IMG/VR virus record: IMGVR_UViG_3300033182_000980
Location: 311,692-375,691 of that record
Length of the DNA stretch: 64,000 nucleotides
Reading direction: 5' to 3' (one strand)
Under the pieces are notes generated by a model. It made no database searches. It saw only the letters and a list, made by a program, of their open reading frames with translations, and was not told the DNA's origin. This document shows, piece by piece, positions 48,205 through 56,862 of the stretch. Both the position numbers and the translations under genes were made by a program. Position 1 is the first letter of the stretch, and each line of letters opens with the position of its first letter.

Positions 48205-48447
48205 ATGAAAGTCACAATCTATCCAGCCACTCAAGCCCCCCACACTGTAGTGGTCAGCACCTTCTCTGACCTACAGAAGCTCGTAGGTGGAGACATCCAG
48301 GTTGTTAAGGAGACGAGCCTTGGCGACCTACTCGTCAACGAAGAGGGCTTGCTCATGAACCTACCTCGCAATCAGCACTACCCCTTCCTCGTGGGTGATG
48401 TTGTCCTCGCACCCAAGGGCTGGGGCGACCTTCCCTACGGCGACTAA
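48205..48447 (+). CDS. DUF3846-like protein
   Basis: LQKLVGG.I...LLVNEEGLL.NLP.N...LVGDVVL. Confidence 0.8.
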   Translation: MKVTIYPATQAPHTVVVSTFSDLQKLVGGDIQVVKETSLGDLLVNEEGLLMNLPRNQHYPFLVGDVVLAPKGWGDLPYGD

Positions 48448-48476
48448 CCCACCAACACTCTGACAAGGAGAACCCC

Positions 48477-49010
48477 ATGCACCAGATCGTTGTTTCACCA
48501 GCCGACTTCCTCAACCACCTCAACGCTCCATTCTTCGGGGCGACCCATGACCAAGACGGCAACGCCCTCCCCTCCAAGCGTACCAAGGAGTGGGTGTTCA
48601 CGCTCGGCAACGAGCGTAAGGATAATCACCTCACCTTCAAGGCGACTCGCCACAAGGGGCAGACCGTCAATGATCCTGTCGAGGTCAGCCTCAATCTGCA
48701 TGGGCTGAACAGCATCCATGACCCTGTGTATCAGACCATCGGGACGGTGGACTCTAGGGGTACGCTCCGAGTCCAGTACGGACTCAACCTTAACCAGCCG
48801 AGACTCGACATCGGCTATGACACCCTCGTCTGGCTCTTAGGTGTGGCGACCGACCCTAGCTATGAGATGCCCGACCATCTCCAGATCATGTGTGAAGCAC
48901 GATGTGCAAGATGCCGACTCCCCCTCACCAACCCTAACAGCCTCAAGTCAGCCATCGGCCCCATATGTCGTAGCAAGATCAACAAGAGCAAGCCAGCCAA
49001 GAGGCCATGA
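48477..49010 (+). CDS. DUF6011-like zinc-ribbon protein (paralog of 38761)
   Basis: HLTFKA; CARCRLPLTNPNS...IGPIC. Confidence 0.8.
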   Translation: MHQIVVSPADFLNHLNAPFFGATHDQDGNALPSKRTKEWVFTLGNERKDNHLTFKATRHKGQTVNDPVEVSLNLHGLNSIHDPVYQTIGTVDSRGTLRVQYGLNLNQPRLDIGYDTLVWLLGVATDPSYEMPDHLQIMCEARCARCRLPLTNPNSLKSAIGPICRSKINKSKPAKRP

Positions 49011-49193
49011 AAATTTACTCGCTCACCCCACTAAAATTTTTAGGGCGAGCCGAACAAAAATCTCAGCGTGTAGAAATCAGAGGGTCGGGGGGTGCTTCGC
49101 AGAAGCAGTCCGAGTGTAACCCCTTATCTATAGTCTAGTGTGGGGAGGCTGACAGGCTGACCCAACCCCCCCTCTCGAACAAGGAGAACCGAC

Positions 49194-49655
49194 ATGACGA
49201 TCACCAAGACACACGCTGACATCAAGACCCTTGAGGCGAGCCTCGATCAGCTCAACGCACAGCTCAAGGCCGAGCACCCCAACCACTGCACCAAGTGTGG
49301 GGGTGTCGGGGGTGACATCTCCACCAGTGGCGATGGGTGGCACGAGCCGATCACAGATGACTGGAACGACTGCTCGGCTTGTCTCGGTCAGAGCCTCAAC
49401 CCCCTCGACCTCACCTCGACCATCTCCGATGAGGACGCAGAGGCCCATGTCGAGCGGATGACGGATGGGGAGCACCCCCTCCTCTCCAAGATCCATGAGG
49501 TCGAGCTTGAGCTTCACTACGAGCAGATGCACCTCGCACACCTTGAGATGGAAGAGGCCGAGCGAGAGTGGCTTGAGCGTGAACACGAGCGAGCGATGAG
49601 AGAGGCCGCCGAGGACGAGCAGAGCTACCTAGAGTTTTACTCCGACCTCAACTGA
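49194..49655 (+). CDS. CxxCxGxGG zinc-finger protein
   Basis: HPNHCTKCGGVGG...CSACLGQSLNPLD. Confidence 0.8.
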   Translation: MTITKTHADIKTLEASLDQLNAQLKAEHPNHCTKCGGVGGDISTSGDGWHEPITDDWNDCSACLGQSLNPLDLTSTISDEDAEAHVERMTDGEHPLLSKIHEVELELHYEQMHLAHLEMEEAEREWLEREHERAMREAAEDEQSYLEFYSDLN

Positions 49656-49739
49656 GCGTAACCCCTTATCTATGACCTCGTGTAAGGGGCGACTACTTCG
49701 TACTCGCCCACCCACCCACTCCCCCTAATGGAGAACCCC

Positions 49740-50138
49740 ATGACAGACCATCACACACAAGCCAAGCTCGCAGACCTCAAGAGGCGAGCTGACCTCAACG
49801 CGGCTAAGCGAGCCGAGATCACAGCCAAGCTCAACGCTGACTACCCCCACCTATGCGACCAGTGTGATGGGACAGGTGGTGAGATCTCCTACGACTGGGG
49901 GAGCTTCACAGAGCCGCCGTGCCATGACTTCGAGGCTTGCTCGGTCTGTCTTGGAGAGGGCTTGAACCCTCTCGACATCACCTCCACCTTGAGTGAGGAT
50001 GAGGTCGAGGCATGGATCGACAAGGTGCTTGATGACCTCAAGTACCCCCTCCCCCTCCACGCAGACCTTGAGGCTCTGATGCAAGAGGCAGATGCTCTCG
50101 GAGAGGAACAGGCAGACCTCCTAATGAGGCAAGGCTAA
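49740..50138 (+). CDS. CxxCxGxGG zinc-finger protein (tandem paralog of 49194)
   Basis: YPHLCDQCDGTGG...CSVCLGEGLNPLD. Confidence 0.8.
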   Translation: MTDHHTQAKLADLKRRADLNAAKRAEITAKLNADYPHLCDQCDGTGGEISYDWGSFTEPPCHDFEACSVCLGEGLNPLDITSTLSEDEVEAWIDKVLDDLKYPLPLHADLEALMQEADALGEEQADLLMRQG

Positions 50139-50335
50139 TGCTCCCCCCTCAAAGACAGGGTTAATCAACATTCTGTCAGAACCCCACCAAAAACTATTGC
50201 GGGGATCTCGGAGTCCCTAAAACCGCATATTGAAAACGCATACAAAATGACACCCTTAATTTGAAACCATGTTTCAACCACCCTTTCGTAACCCCCTAGT
50301 TATAGGGCTACACAACCGAACCAAAGGTATGAACA

Positions 50336-50707
50336 ATGGACACTACAGCAACTAAAACACAATACGAGCTAGACGCAGAGCTAGTGGCACATAAGTTATC
50401 AGAGCTTCGAGGAGGCTCTTACCACGATGCACGACCTGTTGAGATCAAGATCGAGAATGGGGGGTGCTACATCAGCTTCAAGATGTGGTCGGGTGAGGAC
50501 GAGCCGGAGGAAGATGAGGACGATGACCGAGAGTGGAACTTGGAGTGTTCGACAGGTGATCTTCTGTCAGATCTCAAGAGGGCGTGTCGTGAGAGTGGTG
50601 TAGACATCGACATGGTGTACCAATACTGCGATGTCCATAATGATCGCTACAGAGGCATCTATGTCGATGCCTGTATCGACCTCACCCACACAGGAGCAGA
50701 CGAATAG
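50336..50707 (+). CDS. Acidic hypothetical protein
   Basis: Variant class I motif at about 50288. Confidence 0.65.
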   Translation: MDTTATKTQYELDAELVAHKLSELRGGSYHDARPVEIKIENGGCYISFKMWSGEDEPEEDEDDDREWNLECSTGDLLSDLKRACRESGVDIDMVYQYCDVHNDRYRGIYVDACIDLTHTGADE

Positions 50708-50861
50708 GGTTAAGTCTCCAGAGGGGGGGTCTTATATATGAGCATTTTTGGAAAAGCGATGTTGGATAAGTGATCTCATATATTATTTGGCGGGGGATTT
50801 TTTGGGTTCGATTTTGTAACCCCTTATCTATGTAATCTTGCCTCTTGAAAGGAGACTTAGA

Positions 50862-51203
50862 ATGAAGCTAACAGTTAAAGACAATGGTATTCGAGTAGCG
50901 AACCCTAGTTATAAGGGTAATCGTATAAGCGGTGATCAGATAAGGCAGTATCACTCGACTTTGCTTGAGGAGTTGGGGTTTAAGAAAGAGGGTAGACCAT
51001 TCTGGATGCACAGCTCAACGAGCAAGTTTGAGGCATCTGCATTATGTGTGGTTTGGAAAGAAGATCCGTATGTGTTGAGCATACAGAGAGGAGACTTTGT
51101 TAAGAACCTTCGTATTGGGGGAGAGTATGATCTGTATGACTTTGTGTCTGATGTTTTGCAGTCGGTAAGGGATGTTTGGGTTGAGGGCGGTAAGCACCAA
51201 TAA
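50862..51203 (+). CDS. ExGF/IRxxW family protein
   Basis: MKLTVKDNGIRV...LEELGF...FWMH...SVRDVW. Confidence 0.7.
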   Translation: MKLTVKDNGIRVANPSYKGNRISGDQIRQYHSTLLEELGFKKEGRPFWMHSSTSKFEASALCVVWKEDPYVLSIQRGDFVKNLRIGGEYDLYDFVSDVLQSVRDVWVEGGKHQ

Positions 51204-51246
51204 GCAACGGAAACATATAAGTCATTCTCTTGAAAGGAGAACAGAG

Positions 51247-51591
51247 ATGAACAAGTATATAGAGAGACAAGATGATGGTACGGTGGACTGGTCTAAAGAA
51301 GGCTTTGAGCTTTTGAATAGTTTTCAACAAACGGTCGCATCTCAAGGAGATCTTGCTTGTCGTAAGGTTTTGAGTGAGGTGCTTGAGAGTCGTGGTTTTG
51401 AGTGGGCTTTACCTTATGAGGAGTATGTCTTATCAGACGGTGCGGGTAAGTCAGTTTGGGTCTTGATGGGAGTCGAGTCTTTACAGGTCGTGAGAGACGG
51501 TGTGATTTACAATGGAGCTATGCACTATGAGCTTGGTTCGGATGAGTTGGGAGATTTATGGGAAATGATCAGAAAGGCATGGAACGCATAA
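51247..51591 (+). CDS. ExGF/IRxxW family protein
   Basis: LESRGF...EMIRKAW; SD. Confidence 0.7.
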   Translation: MNKYIERQDDGTVDWSKEGFELLNSFQQTVASQGDLACRKVLSEVLESRGFEWALPYEEYVLSDGAGKSVWVLMGVESLQVVRDGVIYNGAMHYELGSDELGDLWEMIRKAWNA

Positions 51592-51824
51592 TGATTGAGT
51601 ATTCAAGTGTGAGGGAAGTACCCAAGACGATAGCTGGGTTTTTTAGTGAGTCGGACTTAGAGGGTAAGAGTCGTGTTGAGATTTCTTATAGTTATCCGGG
51701 AGGTTCATTAGTGATCCATGAGGTGGGGGTGATAGGTTCATATCGTTTGGAGTTATTATCAGCCGAGATAGACGGTCGTTCTGGGATCAAGATACGGACA
51801 ACTTATAGAGTGGAGGTGATGTGA
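51591..51824 (+). CDS. Hypothetical protein
   Basis: Coupled to both neighbours. Confidence 0.55.
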   Translation: MIEYSSVREVPKTIAGFFSESDLEGKSRVEISYSYPGGSLVIHEVGVIGSYRLELLSAEIDGRSGIKIRTTYRVEVM

Positions 51825-52165
51825 GAACCTTTACTTTAATAAGGGATGGAAAGAGGCAATGGAAGGATTATGATCCTTATGTGGAGGAGATGTTGGGTAG
51901 GTATTGTTTGGAGATGCCCGACTGTTCTGACTTCTTTGTGTGGATATTTAAGGACGAGTTAGGTTTTGAGCCAGGAGACTTCACATCTTACTTGGGAGTA
52001 TACGGATCAAGTTTTAGTGATTGTTTAGTATTGGGGGGCAAGGTGAGTGTGTTTTACTTTGATCGTTGTCACTGGGTAGTGAAGCATGGTGCGTATGAGC
52101 GAGTGGTGGAGGATATGAGGGATATATTTGATCTGATCCGAGAGGCGTGGGTGTTTTATGAGTGA
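51821..52165 (+). CDS. ExGF/IRxxW family protein
   Basis: KDELGF...DLIREAW. Confidence 0.7.
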   Translation: MRTFTLIRDGKRQWKDYDPYVEEMLGRYCLEMPDCSDFFVWIFKDELGFEPGDFTSYLGVYGSSFSDCLVLGGKVSVFYFDRCHWVVKHGAYERVVEDMRDIFDLIREAWVFYE

Positions 52166-52209
52166 GGGATCATATAAGGGGTGGTTCACATTGAGAAAGG
52201 AGAGAAATC

Positions 52210-52518
52210 TTGAGATATTTGGTGGCGTTGATGTTTTTACTAGGTTGTGGTGAGGAAGGTCTAAGGAGCACCCCATGTGAGCCTTATGAATTTGATGGTG
52301 GGACTTACCCTCGTGCAATCTTAGAGGGTTTAGACCCAACAGAGATAAGTGATGTGAAGTTATGTGGGGTGAGATCAGCAGATGTATATGAGTATTCTTG
52401 CTTCACGGATCTTGTTTTGATCTCCGATGGGGATTCAACGGAGATTATTTGTTTTGGTCGATCTTATCCCTTGTTGGAGTACACAGATCTCACGGTTTAT
52501 TATAGGGAGTCAAAATGA
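52210..52518 (+). CDS. Putative lipoprotein
   Basis: MRYLVALMFLLGC lipobox; Cys-rich. Confidence 0.7.
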   Translation: MRYLVALMFLLGCGEEGLRSTPCEPYEFDGGTYPRAILEGLDPTEISDVKLCGVRSADVYEYSCFTDLVLISDGDSTEIICFGRSYPLLEYTDLTVYYRESK

Positions 52519-52811
52519 GGTTGTTGCTTCTACTTGTTTTATTACTGGGTTGTGGTGAGGATAAACCTGCTAAGGTTTACAAAACGAATTGTCCAGAGGT
52601 GGAGTTAGGGCAGTACATAGGTTATTTGAGTATAGAGGGTGTGGACAAGAAATCGTATGTGTATTGGGGTTGTGTAGATGAGGATTGCAGACGAGAGGCA
52701 ACGAGTGATTATGAGGTATCTGTGATGTCAATGGGAGATGATGTTTTGAGGGTCTGTTGTGGAGGTGTGGAACACCGAGTAGATCGGGTAAATGTGGTAG
52801 TTATTAAATGA
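52515..52811 (+). CDS. Putative lipoprotein
   Basis: MRLLLLLVLLLGC lipobox; Cys-rich. Confidence 0.7.
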   Translation: MRLLLLLVLLLGCGEDKPAKVYKTNCPEVELGQYIGYLSIEGVDKKSYVYWGCVDEDCRREATSDYEVSVMSMGDDVLRVCCGGVEHRVDRVNVVVIK

Positions 52812-52848
52812 CTTAGGGTTATAGACTAGAGGGGGTGAAATATGCCTT

Positions 52849-53205
52849 ATGTCTATAACAGAAAAAAAGAATGACAGACGAGTTTGGTCAGAAGGCTTTA
52901 TTTTAGCCTATGAAGGACTGACGGTAGAAGATCGCTATCAGAGCTTGATCTTAGGTTTAAGCGAGGCTGGGTTCGTCAAGCAGGACTACACCTCTTACTC
53001 TCCCTTGAGCAAAGTGACCGATTTATTGTTAGATGGTGTCGTTGTTCGTCTTTATCTAGTAGATCTAAACAGCGACACGGTGATTTGTTATCGTGTGGGT
53101 TTAGAAGGTCGTATGGATAACGATGACACCGACACTATATTTAGGCTTAGTCTGGACACGATATGGGAGGACATTCGTAAGGCTTGGATCAGTTCAAAGT
53201 TATAG
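52849..53205 (+). CDS. ExGF/IRxxW family protein
   Basis: LSEAGF...EDIRKAW. Confidence 0.7.
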   Translation: MSITEKKNDRRVWSEGFILAYEGLTVEDRYQSLILGLSEAGFVKQDYTSYSPLSKVTDLLLDGVVVRLYLVDLNSDTVICYRVGLEGRMDNDDTDTIFRLSLDTIWEDIRKAWISSKL

Positions 53206-53260
53206 TTTTTCTATATGTTGATTATATTAGCATCGAACTTTGTAATAGGAGTACATCATC

Positions 53261-53566
53261 ATGTCCGAGTCAATGAAGAACGCTTTAGAGTGGGGTTTTA
53301 AGATACTGTCAGTTTTCTTGATCCCTGTAATCATTTATATCTTTAACATGAGTACGAGTCTGAAGCTGATGGAGCAGAAGTCCGAGTCTCAAACACGCAC
53401 TATCGAAAAGTTAGAGGGTAAGATTGAGCGTATAGAAGAGGACTTGAATCAAGTTCAGCTTAACAGTCAAGAGCTTCGTCAAATGAGAACGGACTTAAAT
53501 CAACAGAACGCTATGATGAGGGAGGTTTATCAGTGGGTTCTCCGACAACAAGGTAGAAATCCATGA
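53261..53566 (+). CDS. Single-TM coiled-coil protein (holin- or spanin-like candidate)
   Basis: N-terminal TM and long coiled coil; late-type motif at 53203. Confidence 0.55.
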   Translation: MSESMKNALEWGFKILSVFLIPVIIYIFNMSTSLKLMEQKSESQTRTIEKLEGKIERIEEDLNQVQLNSQELRQMRTDLNQQNAMMREVYQWVLRQQGRNP

Positions 53567-53928
53567 AAAAGTTAGCTCTACTTATCGTAGTCTTTAGTTT
53601 TTTTTTAATGAGTGGGGTAGGGGTTGAAAGTCGGGGTTCTACAGAAAATGTTGACAATGTGTTTGAAACAGATAAAGAGGTGGTACAAGTAAAGAGTGTG
53701 GCTCAAGAGCAAGCCGAGATCATCTCAGACATGAGGGACGAGGTTAAAGAGCTTCACGAGATGACTTGCCAAATCACCCTTATGCTTAAAAGCACAGGAG
53801 AACATAAAGATGTCAGAAGAGACTGTAAACCCAGAGGCGACAGAGACAGCGACCAACCAACCTCAAGAAGTGGGGACACTCACCGAGGAGGAAATGGCTT
53901 CGATCTCACAACTCCGTCAGAACGCTAA
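53563..53928 (+). CDS. Signal-peptide/TM coiled-coil protein
   Basis: MKKLALLIVVFSFFLM; ATGA coupling. Confidence 0.55.
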   Translation: MKKLALLIVVFSFFLMSGVGVESRGSTENVDNVFETDKEVVQVKSVAQEQAEIISDMRDEVKELHEMTCQITLMLKSTGEHKDVRRDCKPRGDRDSDQPTSRSGDTHRGGNGFDLTTPSER

Positions 53929-54151
53929 TCAGCTTTTAAATCAGCTTGGTCAGTTAGAGCTCCGCAAGACTCGTATTGCGTTTCAGATTGAGCGTAATGA
54001 AGCACAGGCACAAGAGATTGTAGCATCAGCTCGTGAGCGTCTTGGTATTCCAGAGTCAGCACCTTGGCAGATTCAAGAGGATGGCAAGGTTGTAGCGATC
54101 CTCAATCAGCCATCTGAAGAGGGTGTTACTGCTGACGAGGGTAGCGACTGA
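53810..54151 (+). CDS. Coiled-coil hypothetical protein
   Basis: Own SD AGGAGA; LNQLGQLELRK heptads. Confidence 0.7.
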   Translation: MSEETVNPEATETATNQPQEVGTLTEEEMASISQLRQNANQLLNQLGQLELRKTRIAFQIERNEAQAQEIVASARERLGIPESAPWQIQEDGKVVAILNQPSEEGVTADEGSD

Positions 54152-54196
54152 TTAGTTAGCTCACCCAACAACCTTTAAGGTTGATAAGATCGACTT

Positions 54197-54241
54197 GAAG
54201 AGCCTATCTTCCTTGAATGAGGAGATAGGCTCTTTTCGTTT
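54197..54241 (+). terminator. Intrinsic terminator
   Basis: GAAGAGCCTATCTTCCT / AGGAGATAGGCTCTTT stem followed by a T-rich run. Confidence 0.8.
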
Positions 54242-54302
54242 GTAGTTTCTTTATATCTTCTCATAAGTGATCTCTTAACCTTAACCAAATGGAGACTGAC
54301 TT

Positions 54303-54725
54303 ATGAGAAGATCAGCATCAGAAGTAATTAGAAATCTTGAGATGAGGATCGCTCGTCTTGAAAGGCAGTCTTCAAGTACGGACGACTACATACTTGCAAA
54401 GAAAATTGAGCGTCAGTTGGACGAAAACGGTCTTACCTTAAAAGACCTCGAAAGAAACCCTAAGCTCCTTGACCTTGATGAGATTGAGCATCAAAATCCT
54501 AGCATGAAATCTGACATACAAAGATGGGTCAAGAAGGGTTGGATCACCATTGAGGGTGGTGAATATGAGGAGTCTCGTGGAAGCCGATCATATCCTGGAG
54601 GTTGGGATGCGTACCTCATCACCAAAAAAGGTATTCAAGAGATTAGGACTTGGAACACCCTACAACAGATGGGTCGGCTTCACCACCACATCCAGATGGG
54701 AGTGATTAGGCCTCTGACCACCTAA
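54303..54725 (+). CDS. MRRSASE-leader protein 3 (C-terminal region possibly winged-helix)
   Basis: MRRSASEVIRNLEMRIARLERQS; WVKKGWI...YLITKKG. Confidence 0.85.
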   Translation: MRRSASEVIRNLEMRIARLERQSSSTDDYILAKKIERQLDENGLTLKDLERNPKLLDLDEIEHQNPSMKSDIQRWVKKGWITIEGGEYEESRGSRSYPGGWDAYLITKKGIQEIRTWNTLQQMGRLHHHIQMGVIRPLTT

Positions 54726-55356
54726 AGAAACGATCATCTTCTTTATGAGTGATCCCCATACGCTTCACTTTACCAGCTTTCTTCCCACGCACATAGCGTT
54801 CAAAGTCAGTAAAGTGTCTACGCTCTAAGTCGGACAAGTCATCAACGGTAATCTGTTCTTCGACTAAGAGCCAAAAGCGACTCGCCGCTTTAGCTACCCA
54901 AAAGGCATCGGCTTGGTGGTTATTCCACCTCTTAGCACCTTGCCCTTGAGTAGCTTGTTTAGCCGCGTCTACCATATCTCCCTTACCCATCTTCCACCCC
55001 TTTGGTCGATTAAGGAAAGCAGAGGCATGAGCTTTAACTTGATTGGGGGAGAGGTAAACAGTGTCGCACTTCTCAAGCATGAGGGCTTCATTGCTGTAGA
55101 GGAACAGACCGTACATACCCTCGGAATATAGATCGTTGAAGATGGGAGACTCGATCCCGACACGCAGTGTTTCTTCGGGGTGGTCAGCTCTGACTTTCTG
55201 TACGATTTCTCTTAAACCTTCTCTAAGAGTGATATATCTATCAACGAACATCATCTTGGCTTCTGTTTTCATTGTGCCTTTATCCATGAAGTGTCCGTCA
55301 TCACGGATAAGCGTCCACCCAAAGTTTCTAAGTGAGGGGTCGAGTCCTAAGATCAT
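54706..55356 (-). CDS. ruvC: Holliday junction resolvase RuvC-like
   Basis: ILGLDPSL..FGW, VGIE, QVK, HQADA catalytic pattern. Confidence 0.85.
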   Translation of the reverse strand: MILGLDPSLRNFGWTLIRDDGHFMDKGTMKTEAKMMFVDRYITLREGLREIVQKVRADHPEETLRVGIESPIFNDLYSEGMYGLFLYSNEALMLEKCDTVYLSPNQVKAHASAFLNRPKGWKMGKGDMVDAAKQATQGQGAKRWNNHQADAFWVAKAASRFWLLVEEQITVDDLSDLERRHFTDFERYVRGKKAGKVKRMGITHKEDDRFFRWSEA

Positions 55357-55435
55357 GTGGTCAATCCTTTTGTAGTTTATTTATGATCGTCTTTATATGT
55401 TCGTTATATGATACCCCTTTTAAGGAGAAAACCAC

Positions 55436-56434
55436 ATGAGACATGATAACAGTTATCGTAGAGCAAAACGCTCTTATCGTGAGGCTTCAATGAGCCGACA
55501 GGCAACAATGGAGCGTATTGCAGGGCTTGAGATGAAGGTCGCGGCGATGGAATACCAAGCAGGGATGAAAGAGTCTCTTAAGGGGCTATTCCTCAAGTAT
55601 GTTGCCGAGCCTCTTGATAAGTATCGCAGACATCTTAATCTTTTTAAGATGCCCATTGATGATCTAATGGATGATGTAATCGAGGCGATTGCTCCAGAGT
55701 ATGCCGAGAAGCTCATGGAGGCTGAGGTTGACGCTGACTTCACCGAGTTTGAAGAGGGTGCTAAACTCCGACAAGATGAGAGAGCACATGGTCAGTCCAA
55801 ATTCCCCCCTCGTAATAAGTCTCCAGAGTTCTATGAGGGTTATCATTGGGGCGATGTTAATGATGGCCCTGTTCCGAATGAGGTTAAGAAGCGTATCATC
55901 CAGGAAGCCGCTCAAGAGCACAGCAAGAAGGTTACCGAGAGAGCTTTGAAAAAGGTTCTTAATGTAATCAACCCTGTTGAGATCATCAAACACGCTTACC
56001 ACATCATCAAGAAGCATGGATGGGATCCTCATACTGAGGAGATTTGGTATAAGAAATGGCCTAAGCGTCTGTTCAAGGTTGTTCTCATGGGTATTGCTGT
56101 AGCTATCGTTGAGACAATCGAACACGCTGTACTACCTGCCATTATGGTTAAGCTCACGGGCAACCCAGCTTGGTATGGACTTGCCGCTGTACCTCTCCTT
56201 GAGATTGTTCTTCCTATCGTCCTCGCTTACTTCAAGGGAGCTAAGAAAGACACTGTTGATGAGCCAGGACACCTTGATTGGTATGAAGAGAACTATGGAG
56301 AAATCGAGGATGTCCTTGACGATAATGTCTTTGACGATGATGACGATGATGATAGCCGAGTAGCGAGCTATCGTCCTCGTGGTCGCAGAGCGAGTTATCT
56401 TGATCCTGCTCTCAAGTTTAACTACAACCTTTAA
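55436..56434 (+). CDS. Late-type membrane protein with leader-like RIAGLEMKVAAME segment
   Basis: TAGTTTATTTAT at 55373; hydrophobic C-terminal helices; several R/K-x-A motifs. Confidence 0.7.
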   Translation: MRHDNSYRRAKRSYREASMSRQATMERIAGLEMKVAAMEYQAGMKESLKGLFLKYVAEPLDKYRRHLNLFKMPIDDLMDDVIEAIAPEYAEKLMEAEVDADFTEFEEGAKLRQDERAHGQSKFPPRNKSPEFYEGYHWGDVNDGPVPNEVKKRIIQEAAQEHSKKVTERALKKVLNVINPVEIIKHAYHIIKKHGWDPHTEEIWYKKWPKRLFKVVLMGIAVAIVETIEHAVLPAIMVKLTGNPAWYGLAAVPLLEIVLPIVLAYFKGAKKDTVDEPGHLDWYEENYGEIEDVLDDNVFDDDDDDDSRVASYRPRGRRASYLDPALKFNYNL

Positions 56435-56862
56435 GGTAGTACGCAGAGTCCTCGACTCACATTGTGGATGACAGGGAAGCATTTCCCTCCAGCCACAATG
56501 ACCGTACCCAACATAGATGGGTCTTTAGGGTGAACCACATTATCGGTGGTAATCACCTCATCTATACCTAGCTCATTCAATCGGTGTTCTGCATCGGTGA
56601 ATGAGCTTTGTTTTATGCCCCATTGCTCTTTTTCACTACGAGCTAGGGCATACCCTACCATAGCCTCTATAACTTCGTTTACAGAGGCTTCTATGCCCCA
56701 TGTGAGTACCGACTCTCTATTAGAGGGTTGCTCTACCCATTTGAGTAGGTCATCTCCCTTTGGAGCACCTACGAGTAAAGGCATACATTTAGGGGGAACA
56801 TCTACTTCGAGGAACAATGGTGTCTTGCCCTTTACTTTTAGTTCTAAGATTTCAATCATCAT
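56431..56862 (-). CDS. Hypothetical protein
   Basis: HNVSRG.C motif; operon context; start moved to 56862. Confidence 0.65.
   Translation of the reverse strand: MMIEILELKVKGKTPLFLEVDVPPKCMPLLVGAPKGDDLLKWVEQPSNRESVLTWGIEASVNEVIEAMVGYALARSEKEQWGIKQSSFTDAEHRLNELGIDEVITTDNVVHPKDPSMLGTVIVAGGKCFPVIHNVSRGLCVLP

Larger units (their letters stand above)
2137..50826. promoter_or_regulatory. Dispersed class I motif GTAACCCCTTA(TCTATA), putative early promoter; 32 exact 11-mer copies
   Basis: Minus copies (left coordinate): 2137, 5162, 23032, 24037, 24393, 24463, 31659, 33610, 34854, 34935, 44275, 44810, 45155, 45503. Plus copies: 24538, 24885, 25614, 35012, 35258, 36512, 38141, 38308, 38693, 39783, 41072, 45522, 45904, 46730, 48136, 49116, 49658, 50816. 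All lie at gene boundaries and point toward a downstream SD and start. Confidence 0.85.

Noticed and set aside
23032-50826. GTAACCCCTTATCTATA repeats as a CRISPR array
   Set aside because: Spacing is irregular (tens to thousands of bp), orientation follows genes, and the intervals contain whole ORFs; no cas operon.
23032-50826. True integron with attC sites
   Set aside because: No integron integrase in the window and no RYYYAAC...GTTRRRY palindromes; only the stop-in-core similarity remains.
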